A stretch of DNA of 64,000 nucleotides, from positions 289,766-353,765 of IMG/VR virus record IMGVR_UViG_3300028735_000003; one strand, given 5' to 3'. Shown piece after piece: positions 10,797 through 19,868 of this stretch. A model generated the notes under the pieces. The model was given only the letters and a program-made list of their open reading frames with translations. It was not told where the DNA came from and did no database searches. The stretch's first letter is position 1. Every line of letters starts with the position of its first letter. Position numbers and translations under genes: made by a program.

Positions 10797-11327
10797 TTAC
10801 TCTGCCTCATAATGTGCATCATGAAATTCTATAAATGATTTCATCATTTCATATTGAGATTTATAGTCCGTACACTTTTTCCATGTAAAACCAAGTTCTT
10901 TAAGATTTTCCATTGCAGCTAAAAATGTTGCCTGTAAATATGTATTGCACTCTAACCAATCCTTCTCATTCATTGTGCACGCAATCATTGGCTCTGCAGA
11001 AATTTCAGAATCATCAGTATCTATTAAATACAATCCATAAGCGGGAGATCCTTTCAGTTGAATTAACAAACAATACTCTTTAGTTAAAGTATCCTGAGAA
11101 CAATCTCCAAGTAATATTTTTACTTCATGATCTAATGCTGACAGTTGACACCCCCAAACTCTATTAAAAATCTTTCCATTATCTGTATCAAATGACAATT
11201 TCTCTTTTAACAAAAAATCAGTTGACATTAACGATTTAGATCTTTTTTCGTTAACAAATTCAGATGAAACTATCATAAAATTAGCAAATATGTGCCGCAC
11301 AATTTGTTCAAGTAACTTTAAATTCAT
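10797..11327 (-). CDS. hypothetical protein
   Basis: 176-aa ORF in operon. Confidence 0.6.
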   Translation of the reverse strand: MNLKLLEQIVRHIFANFMIVSSEFVNEKRSKSLMSTDFLLKEKLSFDTDNGKIFNRVWGCQLSALDHEVKILLGDCSQDTLTKEYCLLIQLKGSPAYGLYLIDTDDSEISAEPMIACTMNEKDWLECNTYLQATFLAAMENLKELGFTWKKCTDYKSQYEMMKSFIEFHDAHYEAE

Positions 11328-11638
11328 CGTTTAAATCCAGATATTATTTTAATTATAGAAGATTGTACATCAGCAATTGAAAAATCAAGTTTTGGCAATG
11401 CATTATATTCTCTCTCGATATATGCCTCGAAATCGAATGTGTCTCCATTTTCCCTCCTCATACCTAATTCCTCCATACATACTGTGGCTAGTTTATCACT
11501 AAATCCCAAATACCTATCACAAATAACAATATCACATAGTTGTATCATACTATAATTGTGCAGATTTTTTATAATCTCGTCTAAATTAAGTTCTTCAATT
11601 TGATAATCTTCAAGATTATTGTCGTCTTCGTCGATCAT
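11324..11638 (-). CDS. hypothetical protein
   Basis: 104-aa ORF overlapping both neighbours. Confidence 0.55.
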   Translation of the reverse strand: MIDEDDNNLEDYQIEELNLDEIIKNLHNYSMIQLCDIVICDRYLGFSDKLATVCMEELGMRRENGDTFDFEAYIEREYNALPKLDFSIADVQSSIIKIISGFKR

Positions 11639-11975
11639 TTTTCCTCATTTTTGGTGGAGTAGACATTTGTACTTTCAAAGAAGGTATTATATGCCCTCTT
11701 CGATGTTTATCAAAAAATAACAATTTCGTGTCAAAAAATAAATTATTGAAATTCAAAACTTTTCCTAACAGCAATAGCTCCCTAAAACTACTAAACACAG
11801 CAGTTACAATTAAACTGATTTCATATTTAGATATTAGAGGATATCTTGAATGAATTCGATTCACTAAATCTTCATTATATCTAATACCAACTGGATAATG
11901 CGTATTCAATAGATCTATTATCTCATTGGTATCTGTATTAAAGAAGAAAGGTTTAACTATTTTTTGTTTCTTCAT
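11616..11975 (-). CDS. divergent HU-like protein
   Basis: LVNRIHSRYPLISKYEISLIVTAVFSSFRELLLLGKVLNFNNLF follows the HU helix1-helix2-beta pattern. Confidence 0.5.
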   Translation of the reverse strand: MKKQKIVKPFFFNTDTNEIIDLLNTHYPVGIRYNEDLVNRIHSRYPLISKYEISLIVTAVFSSFRELLLLGKVLNFNNLFFDTKLLFFDKHRRGHIIPSLKVQMSTPPKMRKNDRRRRQ

Positions 11976-12119
11976 ATATCCACACTTACTTTGGTAGCCA
12001 CAAAATTTTCTCTATGATATGTATATACTAACTCCCCCTATTATATATCCCCATGCGTTTGTCGAGAGTCAGTTCAGGTAATTTCAAATAATAATAGCTA
12101 TTTTTTATAAAAATGCCAC

Positions 12120-12758
12120 TTGATATATAAAGTTGGCATGACAATGCGTATTATGTCAAATATTAATGAAGAAATCCTTGTTGTTGGATCCATATACGAC
12201 AATTTTGAGAAAATAGAATCAATAGAAAAGTTAATACACAAATATGCTGCCGTTATTTTCAATGGCAATTTATTGTATCCATTTGATAATATTTCGTCTG
12301 TTTATACTAGAATATCTATAATGAAAGCACTTCTTCAAACTGGTAAAGTGATATACAATTTAGGAGCATATGATTTGAAATTATCTAATATATTATACCA
12401 AAATAATGACCATATAGATATTCAGCAATGGATTATATCTAATCCAAATGTAATTAACATAGATTTTGCTAACTCCTCATCTGTACTAATCATTAGCGGT
12501 GGATTAACGCCAAACATAAATAACAAAAAATTGTTAACTGATAATATTGAAGTTAGTTTTGTATCCAAAATAAATGGTAAACCATGGCAAGTATATTACA
12601 ACGGTATGTTGGGATACGTTATATCTAATAATCCACTTGGAAATAAGCCTATGTTTTACTCTAATGCAGCGCAAATAGGAATACAATATAAACATAAGTG
12701 CGATGTCTATGCCCAAGAAATAAATAAGTTTGGTCTAAAAAACATAATTAAGCTGTGA
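12120..12758 (+). CDS. calcineurin-like metallophosphoesterase-fold protein with degenerate metal ligands
   Basis: VVGSIYD / IFNGNLLYP / LGAYD / ISGGLTP align to GDxHG / GDxxDRG / GNHE / HAG motifs. Confidence 0.65.
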   Translation: MIYKVGMTMRIMSNINEEILVVGSIYDNFEKIESIEKLIHKYAAVIFNGNLLYPFDNISSVYTRISIMKALLQTGKVIYNLGAYDLKLSNILYQNNDHIDIQQWIISNPNVINIDFANSSSVLIISGGLTPNINNKKLLTDNIEVSFVSKINGKPWQVYYNGMLGYVISNNPLGNKPMFYSNAAQIGIQYKHKCDVYAQEINKFGLKNIIKL

Positions 12759-12808
12759 TATACTAATAAACACATATCTTTTACAAAATACGATCATAAG
12801 CAGGAATC

Positions 12809-13075
12809 ATGGATAAATACCATAAAGTTACAGCACTATATTTAGCTGCTGAAAAATTAGTTGGTTATGATACTCCAGCCTATGATCTTCATACCGCATT
12901 ATTAAACAAAGTATTGCTTAAGTATAAAAATTTAGAGGAGTCTACAATCAAGATGTCCTTAGCCATCGAAAAAGATTTTCTTAAATTCTCTAAGATGGTA
13001 TACAATTGTTTTGAAGATGAAGGTAAGCTAACTTTAGGACTTGATGATATAATAATGTCAAGTGTGATGAAATAA
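12809..13075 (+). CDS. hypothetical protein
   Basis: 88-aa ORF with upstream AGGA. Confidence 0.55.
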   Translation: MDKYHKVTALYLAAEKLVGYDTPAYDLHTALLNKVLLKYKNLEESTIKMSLAIEKDFLKFSKMVYNCFEDEGKLTLGLDDIIMSSVMK

Positions 13076-13100
13076 CAGCAATTATATAAGAGGATATACA

Positions 13101-13442
13101 ATGAATACTGACAAAGAGGTTTTACAAAAACTATTTAAGATTGCCAAAAATCAACAGAAGATTATTAGAAAACTTGCTCAAACGTCTTCTCAAGTGCAAG
13201 ATATTAGAGCAGAAGTTAACAACCTTATCGTATCACTTGGTTCTAAAGTTCCAAGAGGAACTGTATGTTTAAAGGCTTATTTTTATCCGATTGAGAATAT
13301 AGTAGATTCAACAATTAAATTACAAAACGCCCAACCATTGGATGAGAATAATAAAAAAATAAGAGCTATATTAGCTTCAGCTATCGCTGATATGAAGAAA
13401 ATACCTGTGGGTAATGTCAAGATTATTTTAGCATTAGGTTAA
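13101..13442 (+). CDS. hypothetical protein
   Basis: 113-aa ORF with upstream AGAGGA. Confidence 0.6.
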   Translation: MNTDKEVLQKLFKIAKNQQKIIRKLAQTSSQVQDIRAEVNNLIVSLGSKVPRGTVCLKAYFYPIENIVDSTIKLQNAQPLDENNKKIRAILASAIADMKKIPVGNVKIILALG

Positions 13443-13741
13443 TCAGAATACTTGTTTGAAAATATAGCAATATTTCGTTGCATTAATGCCGTATGTAATG
13501 CATCAAATACGTTTATATTGTCTTTCAATGAAATTGATGTAATTGACAATAAAATCTCGCCCATAATGCGAGATTTTGCTATATTTTTGTCTTCCGAAGA
13601 AATATCCGATTTTTTATCTATCATAGAATAAAGATTTAACTTCATCGTTAACTCGTCTATGATGTCCAATATGCTTTCATCATAGGAATTATTGGAGTTA
13701 AATTCTTCGCACTTTTCCCATAATTCTTCGAAATGTATCAT
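13439..13741 (-). CDS. degenerate MazG-like all-alpha NTP pyrophosphatase-fold protein
   Basis: IMGEILLSITSISLKDNINVFDAL resembles the MazG motif EELGDLLF..V.LA...gid...AL. Confidence 0.5.
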   Translation of the reverse strand: MIHFEELWEKCEEFNSNNSYDESILDIIDELTMKLNLYSMIDKKSDISSEDKNIAKSRIMGEILLSITSISLKDNINVFDALHTALMQRNIAIFSNKYSD

Positions 13742-13743
13742 TT

Positions 13744-13935
13744 TTAGTCGTCATCCTTTTTATCCATCGTGGCAATCTGTAGTTGTTCATCTCCTTTATC
13801 AGATACAAATACTAAAAATACTGCACCCTCAGAACAATCAATCATTACTGGGCACTTAAGCTTTCCAACATAAAATGTTTGCCCATCCACATCTTTTCTA
13901 GCTTTTAAATCAATAGTTAGATTATTATTAGACAT
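13744..13935 (-). CDS. small hypothetical protein
   Basis: 63 aa, GGAGG Shine-Dalgarno upstream. Confidence 0.6.
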   Translation of the reverse strand: MSNNNLTIDLKARKDVDGQTFYVGKLKCPVMIDCSEGAVFLVFVSDKGDEQLQIATMDKKDDD

Positions 13936-14043
13936 ATAACCTCCAATATCAAGTATTTTTTATGTATTCTTTCTCTTTCATTTTTTGTTCTAATGCTTCA
14001 CTAGAATTTTTCATAATAAATCCGGCTTTGTTATTTTACGCAT

Positions 14044-14461
14044 TTAATATATAAATTGGACTTTTGATAACAGTGATTTTACAATATCAGTCGCAGATAA
14101 TGGTCCAGGATTTGTTGCGTGGAAAATACTAGGAACAAGCTCATGTACGTTTAGAATATAATTAATTTGTCGTGTGTTTAGTCCAACACGATCTGTGATT
14201 ATCTGATAATTCATATGGTTGCTAATAAAACCACTACCACCACGTGTGAAAATTCTCATTAATATTTAGCCTTTAACGAAAGTGCAATCCAAATCTTCTT
14301 TATTGGTATACATTATTTATAATATCAGTGGTCTCATACTCACCAGGCGCTAGGCTTCAGCGAGCTAAAGAACTTAAAAAATGCCCGCCAAATAAAGAAT
14401 TTAATGGAAGCAATCTACTGCCAGTCCCGCTTGTTAATATGATACCTGTACTTACTTGCAT
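14044..14461 (-). pseudogene. collapsed relic of sugar-nucleotide genes (RmlA-like transferase plus NAD-dependent epimerase/dehydratase)
   Basis: Fragments GIILTSGTGSRLLPL, KPSA/GEYETTDIINNVY and MRIFTRGGSGFISNH within about 420 bp, broken by stops and frameshifts. Confidence 0.65.
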
Positions 14462-14486
14462 GATATACAATATAACATGTCTTTTG

Positions 14487-14558
14487 CATCCCTAGCAGGA
14501 CTCGAACCTGCATATATCAGTTTAGGAAACTGACGCCTCTCCTTTAGGCTATAGGGAC
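14487..14558 (-). tRNA. tRNA-Arg(CCT)
   Basis: Acceptor GTCCCTA/TAGGGAT, anticodon arm TCAGT-TTCCTAA-ACTGA, T arm GCAGG-TTCGAGT-CCTGC; CCA not fully encoded. Confidence 0.92.
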
Positions 14559-14593
14559 ATTATAATTTATCTAATTAATTTACTAATGTCTAA

Positions 14594-14893
14594 TTATTTG
14601 AATTTTCTATACAAATGTTCATACTGTCTTGCTAATTTATATAGGTCAACACCAATATCATATTCTGAAGAATCTGGTCCATTTTCAATCATAGTCTTAG
14701 CTATATTAATTAAAGCCGTCATTGGAACATTAATTTGTATAAGATTATCTCTAATGTTGTTTATTAGATCATCATTAATTGGACTCTTATACACTTTTTC
14801 TTCAAAAGATTCCGCGAGCGACCACAAACGTTTTAGATTATACATGTCAATTACTCTGATCACAAAGTTGATTGCTTGTTTCTGACTTTCCAA
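14594..14893 (-). CDS. hypothetical protein
   Basis: 99-aa ORF with TTG start; start uncertain. Confidence 0.45.
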   Translation of the reverse strand: MESQKQAINFVIRVIDMYNLKRLWSLAESFEEKVYKSPINDDLINNIRDNLIQINVPMTALINIAKTMIENGPDSSEYDIGVDLYKLARQYEHLYRKFK

Positions 14894-15565
14894 GACATTC
14901 GGTTAATTGGCACACAACCTGCTGTACCTTTTTAGCAGTATGATTAAATATCGCTGCAAAGCGTTAAGATAGGTTAAAACTGTTGCGGTGCCTCAATTTT
15001 TAGTGATATGGCTCTTTAAATATTCGTATCTATTTTGTTAGATACAAGTATAGTAGTAGATTTTTCACCACCAAATAGACCATTAATAGACAATTGTGAA
15101 AACAATATAATGATAACCACACGATATACGAATTAGAACAAATCACATGATCGTATTAATAGAGATAGCCAAAACACCAAAAACAATTAGTTCAGTATAT
15201 CTTTTTACTATTTTTCTAAAACTAAAAGCTGAATAAGAAAAATATTAAATAGAATTTGTACACTTAGTTTTATGGACTACGACACAGCCACTATACCAAT
15301 TAAGCTTTCAAAGCTAAATATATAATTAGAGTGTTGCATCCAGTTATTAACTATTTCTTTATGTTCATTTGCAAATAAATTAAACGTAAATTAAACGCAT
15401 AGCTCTGTAAACTAAAAACATTGTGTTATTTAGAATGATCTCTATTATGAACTTATGAACACTTGATAGTCTTTCAATCTCCAACGACACTATATAGGCT
15501 TATTGTAAATAATTTTTAAAATCTTATATGAAAAGCAGCATCTATTCATCAACAAGGAAATCGTA

Positions 15566-15886
15566 TTATCCTACCCACCAGTGACTAATGTTTTGTAACT
15601 CCTTGGGAATATCGATTTTTGAGATCACTACACTTTCATCAACGAAATCAGCCTTATACCACCATTGTTTAGGTACTGGAGTATAAACACTAGCACGATC
15701 ATGAACTACAATTTCCTCTATCAATGCATAGTTGTAATAATGTTCGAAAAAATCGCCACAATTTGACATAATAGTAGCTTCAGCCGCCTCAAAATTATCA
15801 AACAATGACCATAATCTTGAACCTTTTGTAGTATATTGGGGCAGAACAATACATATAGCTCCCGCTGCATATAGCTCCCGCTGCAT
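15566..15886 (-). CDS. hypothetical phage protein; 5' end altered by a 16-bp duplication
   Basis: Upstream ATG at 15899 is out of frame by exactly the duplicated 16 bp. Confidence 0.6.
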   Translation of the reverse strand: MQRELYAAGAICIVLPQYTTKGSRLWSLFDNFEAAEATIMSNCGDFFEHYYNYALIEEIVVHDRASVYTPVPKQWWYKADFVDESVVISKIDIPKELQNISHWWVG

Positions 15887-15889
15887 ATA
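15852..15889. repeat. 16-bp tandem duplication (CATATAGCTCCCGCTG x2.4)
   Basis: Read directly from sequence. Confidence 0.95.
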
Positions 15890-15915
15890 TCTTGTTCATG
15901 TTAAACACCAATTAT

Positions 15916-16405
15916 GTGAACTACTTCTGGCTAAAGCCAGAAGCTTCCACAATCGTTGCCGACTGTGTACATCGTTTAGAAACGATGGCTTGTCCCAAGC
16001 AAAGAATATTTTTAGCAGCATTTTCATCTCGGTCATAACTATTTCCACATGTACAACTTATTGTTCTATCTGATAATTTCAGATTATGAATTGCGCTAAT
16101 TTGGCATTTCTTATTGCCTTATTCAATCTCGTATAATTTTCTTCTGACATATATTTTACTGACAAGTTTTCTGCAAAAATTGTATCATATTTACGAGATA
16201 GGTTTTTAGAAACCTTATGCTGAAAGTCATTGATTTTTCTAACTTTCGCATCATACAACCTTTGCTTCGCTCGTCTTAATCTACGGTACCTTCGTGATCC
16301 TTTCTTTTTATTATCTATGTTAGTTTTATCTGTTCTATACATTTCTTGCCTACTGTAATATATAACGAACTATTGATAAAGATTTTAAAATTTTTAGCAG
16401 CATTC
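15916..16405 (-). mobile_element. tnpB: IS200/IS605-family TnpB relic with intact right end
   Basis: RuvC-II-like TIFAENLSVK, frameshifted C-terminus CTCGNSYDRDENAAKNI, end hairpin GAAGCTTCTGGCTTTAGCCAGAAGTAGTTCAC; a second NAAKN remnant near 16390. Confidence 0.8.
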
Positions 16406-16414
16406 ATCCTCCAC

Positions 16415-16744
16415 CTAAAGGTATAGGATTTCTGCTGATTTTAGGTTAAAACACCTTTTATTGTTGGCTCGTTCCATTCCAAGAACAGTCATTTGATCAA
16501 TCATCAAATTAACCGTTTGCAAATTCTTTGCAGCTTGCAACGCAACATCTTTATCATCAGAATTCAAATAGAATAACATATCATGTCGATATTTGATTAA
16601 CGTATAATATTTGCCACGCTGGCAATAATTCAGTGGTTGAGCAATTTTTTGTTCTATTAATGTTGGCTCAGTATTTGGTGGGTGCTGCAATCTTGTATGA
16701 GAACAACCTAACAGTGATAATAAAATTATGAGGGCATATCTCAT
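16415..16744 (-). CDS. putative lipoprotein
   Basis: MRYALIILLSLLG-C: hydrophobic signal with lipobox-like cysteine. Confidence 0.55.
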   Translation of the reverse strand: MRYALIILLSLLGCSHTRLQHPPNTEPTLIEQKIAQPLNYCQRGKYYTLIKYRHDMLFYLNSDDKDVALQAAKNLQTVNLMIDQMTVLGMERANNKRCFNLKSAEILYL

Positions 16745-16771
16745 ATAATAATACCAAATTAGTAGTTGTTA

Positions 16772-17133
16772 TGGTGGAGGATCGGGGGATCGAACCCCGG
16801 TCTTGAATACTTCGCGATTAAACTCATTCACAAACTTAGTTGATGTTTATCTGTCATCAGCACCAGTGAAAGAATTCGCTCTAACTGGCTAGTTACTGTT
16901 CATTTCGAATGTTAAATCCGTAACCGACAAAACATTCTATCCTTAGTGTGTTGAGCATTCATCAGATACCAAGAATATCTCTCCTAGAACACTCCAATTA
17001 AGCAGCTTGTGCCATTGGAACAAATGCATTGTCGTTTGCATTTATACGTTGATTGCTTTTTAACGAGTCCCTGCAATCATCCCCGGTTTGCATTTAAATC
17101 GCTATTTACCCAATCGAAACCAAATTATCCCCC
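16772..17133 (-). ncRNA. ssrA: tmRNA, tag peptide (A)ANDNAFVPMAQAA*
   Basis: 5' GGGGGAT pairs with 3' ATCCTCC-A-CCA including G3:U70; T arm CGGGG-TTCGATC-CCCCG; resume context ATAAAT-GCA; tag ORF 16998-17039. Confidence 0.96.
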
Positions 17134-17244
17134 ATATCTATTATATCCAATATTTTACTATAATTTCTACGTATTTGTCCCTGTTATTTTTTTAAGCTTA
17201 ATACAATAAGTAATTTAACTCAACATCACAGCCACCACGTATAT

Positions 17245-17272
17245 AATATAACACAATATGCACCGCCGTCAA
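17245..17272 (-). promoter_or_regulatory. sigma70-like promoter upstream of tmRNA
   Basis: TTGACG-N16-TATATT with extended -10 TG. Confidence 0.6.
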
Positions 17273-17380
17273 GTGTCTCATTATTTTTTTGAAAAAAACT
17301 GATCTATGAAGACCATTTTTAGATATAATTATTTCACTAGTTTGCCAATTGGAAACAATCATCTAATGCAGAACATCGTT

Positions 17381-18190
17381 TTATATGCTGTCACTTCTAA
17401 AGATGTCTGCTCCATTTTTGAATATATTAGAAAGAAATGACTGATCTTTTGTAAATATTGGAAGTTCTGTGTTAATAGCCCATTTATTTTTGACTACACC
17501 GTTAACAATTTTAGGAATCTTGTAGCAAGCAGCGCCGCGCCTAAATGATGTATGATATTCATTGAAATCTATGTCGCACTCTTGTTTCAATAAATCAATC
17601 TTTTCATCTATACTCAAATCGCTCAACATCTCTTTTATTGTTGTTTTGTCATATTTCTTTAATAACTCATAGAAACATGCAAACTGAATAGATAAATAAA
17701 AATTACTTTGTTGTTTGTAAATAATTGTATTAATGGCTTCTGCTATTGTTGGCACAACAAACACTTGTGACGTAAATAGGGCATCACCCATTAAATTCAA
17801 CTTAGTATTTACAGCAAATAAATTGAAATGTTGTGTTGCTATTGATGAAGTTATAGAGCATATATTTTGTAACTTATTATCATACCATGGCAATGTTTCT
17901 TGTGTTTGGTCATTACGCACAACAATAGTTATTTCGTCATTATGTTGATAAGCGAACAAAGCGCCATCAATTTCCATACATAACTTTACTGTTGTTGATA
18001 ACATACCCTCAGCAAATTCAGTACAATAAGGTTTGTCAAGCAGCGATGTAATCTTATGAAACGAGCGCCCATTAATATTTATTATTAATGGCACTTTGTT
18101 CAATAAACGATAATTAGACATATCGATATAGGAATCGATCCTGTCTTTAAGCTTAATAGTATACATATAGAATAATATAACCAAGCACAC
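17381..18190 (-). CDS. tRNA(His) guanylyltransferase Thg1-like protein (probable start 18166)
   Basis: ININGRSFHK, YQHNDEIT, FRRG motifs; first catalytic Asp appears as Asn. Confidence 0.88.
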   Translation of the reverse strand: MCLVILFYMYTIKLKDRIDSYIDMSNYRLLNKVPLIININGRSFHKITSLLDKPYCTEFAEGMLSTTVKLCMEIDGALFAYQHNDEITIVVRNDQTQETLPWYDNKLQNICSITSSIATQHFNLFAVNTKLNLMGDALFTSQVFVVPTIAEAINTIIYKQQSNFYLSIQFACFYELLKKYDKTTIKEMLSDLSIDEKIDLLKQECDIDFNEYHTSFRRGAACYKIPKIVNGVVKNKWAINTELPIFTKDQSFLSNIFKNGADIFRSDSI

Positions 18191-18626
18191 AAGTTCTGCA
18201 ACACATTACGAAATTGATTTTTTTATGTATCGTAAATAGTTTAGTATGTTAGTTTTAAGTACGATCATATTCATTATGATCATTTCTATATATTGGGAAA
18301 ATAGATCGTCATTAACTTTAATAGTTAATTGACCTAATGTATCGGTATTTGACAGTGAATTTAATTCATGACTTACACTAAGAAAATCAATTCTACTAGA
18401 TATTTCTTTTGAAGTTAACTATTTTGTAAATGCAGTTTTGTTATTTAATAAATAGTGTGCTCATCTGATCAGCAATCGTTCGACCAAATCCAATATAAAT
18501 AGATGGAAATAAAGACTGAAGTTGAAAAGACGGAAGTGTTTCAGTAGCAGATGGTATTGAAATAAACTCAGTATTTTTAACTGCTTCCTGTGCTATTTTC
18601 TTAATTTTTAATACCCTTTTATAATA

Positions 18627-19163
18627 TTACCCGTTTACAACAATTAATATATCATCCCATCGATTGTTTATATGCCTGTTATCAACTACTATAGTTTTAT
18701 TTTGCAAAGAATGAGGTAAAACGTTAATAATGTTTTTTGTCCAATTTATAGATGGAATGTCTTCAATAATCATTACCCCATCTGGATTTAGTTTTTGAGA
18801 ATAATACCTAGCACAAAATATCATACTTTCATATGTATGAGGACCATCATCAATAATCATATCAAATTTTATATTTTTGAGTTTATCATCAATAAATGAT
18901 GCATCATATGCATTAGCTGTAAAATGTATCATTCTGTCTTTAAGAATAAAATCAGGAGGAAGAGGGTTGATATCTACGCTATAAATGTTTGAATTAGGTA
19001 AAAAATCGTGCCATAATAATATCGAGCCTCCAAGCCAAACACCAATCTCAAATAAATTTTTAATACTATCTTTTCTTGGAGATAGTATTTTATCATAAGT
19101 ATCAAGATAGGTATGAGACGTAAACTTATCTGTTTTATAATTGGTTGCTATTTCTCTAAACAT
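18627..19163 (-). CDS. class I SAM-dependent methyltransferase
   Basis: LFEIGV..GGS, YSVDI, FDMIIDDGPH, GVMIIED. Confidence 0.85.
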   Translation of the reverse strand: MFREIATNYKTDKFTSHTYLDTYDKILSPRKDSIKNLFEIGVWLGGSILLWHDFLPNSNIYSVDINPLPPDFILKDRMIHFTANAYDASFIDDKLKNIKFDMIIDDGPHTYESMIFCARYYSQKLNPDGVMIIEDIPSINWTKNIINVLPHSLQNKTIVVDNRHINNRWDDILIVVNG

Positions 19164-19862
19164 TTATTGCCTATAAGATGATTGGGCGCCATGTCCAATT
19201 GTTGCGCACGCTGAATTTAAAAGATATGCGGCTCTATACCCATATTTCATAGCATGCTCATTACAACGAAACTCATCTATCCATCTAGCCTCGTCAGGTC
19301 TCTGAAATTCTGAATATCCATTTGGAAACATTTTATTGTAGTCTTCAGTTCGTCTTAGACCAGCATTGAAACTAAATCCACACCAATAGCTACAATGAGG
19401 TGAAATTATTTTCTTATAATAAACATTTGTTGATGTTTTTAGAGTTTCAGACTCTAAATAATTATTTATATCACCATGACTAACACGATAATTGTCCGCA
19501 TGTCTAATCCATATTTGATGGACACTTTTATCTTCTTCTAAAATATCAATTGAATCTTGTATAAAATTAGCATTACCATAAAATAGATAATCATCCTCAC
19601 TATGGAAAATATAATCGCTTGTTACTGTTTTATACATTTTATCTATTGATCTAACTTGACCGATATTTATTTCGTTGAAAATAAACTCTACTTTATTAGA
19701 ATAATTAGTAGAAATCAAATTTTTTATCTCTGGATTTGTAGAATCATCAATAACAATAATTCTTTCTATAGGAAACTTATTAAGAGACAAAAAACTATCA
19801 ATTGTTTTCTTTAATAGACTAAATCTATTATAAGATGTTATGCACACAGTAACTGTTTTCAT
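19164..19862 (-). CDS. glycosyltransferase family 2 / GT-A fold
   Basis: VCITSYNR, IIVIDD, YIFHSEDD. Confidence 0.85.
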   Translation of the reverse strand: MKTVTVCITSYNRFSLLKKTIDSFLSLNKFPIERIIVIDDSTNPEIKNLISTNYSNKVEFIFNEINIGQVRSIDKMYKTVTSDYIFHSEDDYLFYGNANFIQDSIDILEEDKSVHQIWIRHADNYRVSHGDINNYLESETLKTSTNVYYKKIISPHCSYWCGFSFNAGLRRTEDYNKMFPNGYSEFQRPDEARWIDEFRCNEHAMKYGYRAAYLLNSACATIGHGAQSSYRQ

Positions 19863-19868
19863 TTTGAA

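Noticed and set aside
1-12000. Cellular (reduced bacterial) origin suggested by topA, ftsK, clpP, dksA and HU
   Set aside because: These genes are divergent and interspersed with orphans, and the window has rIIA/rIIB, Rnl1/Pnk and no ribosomal or other core operons. A large phage fits better, though no structural genes are in the window to prove it.
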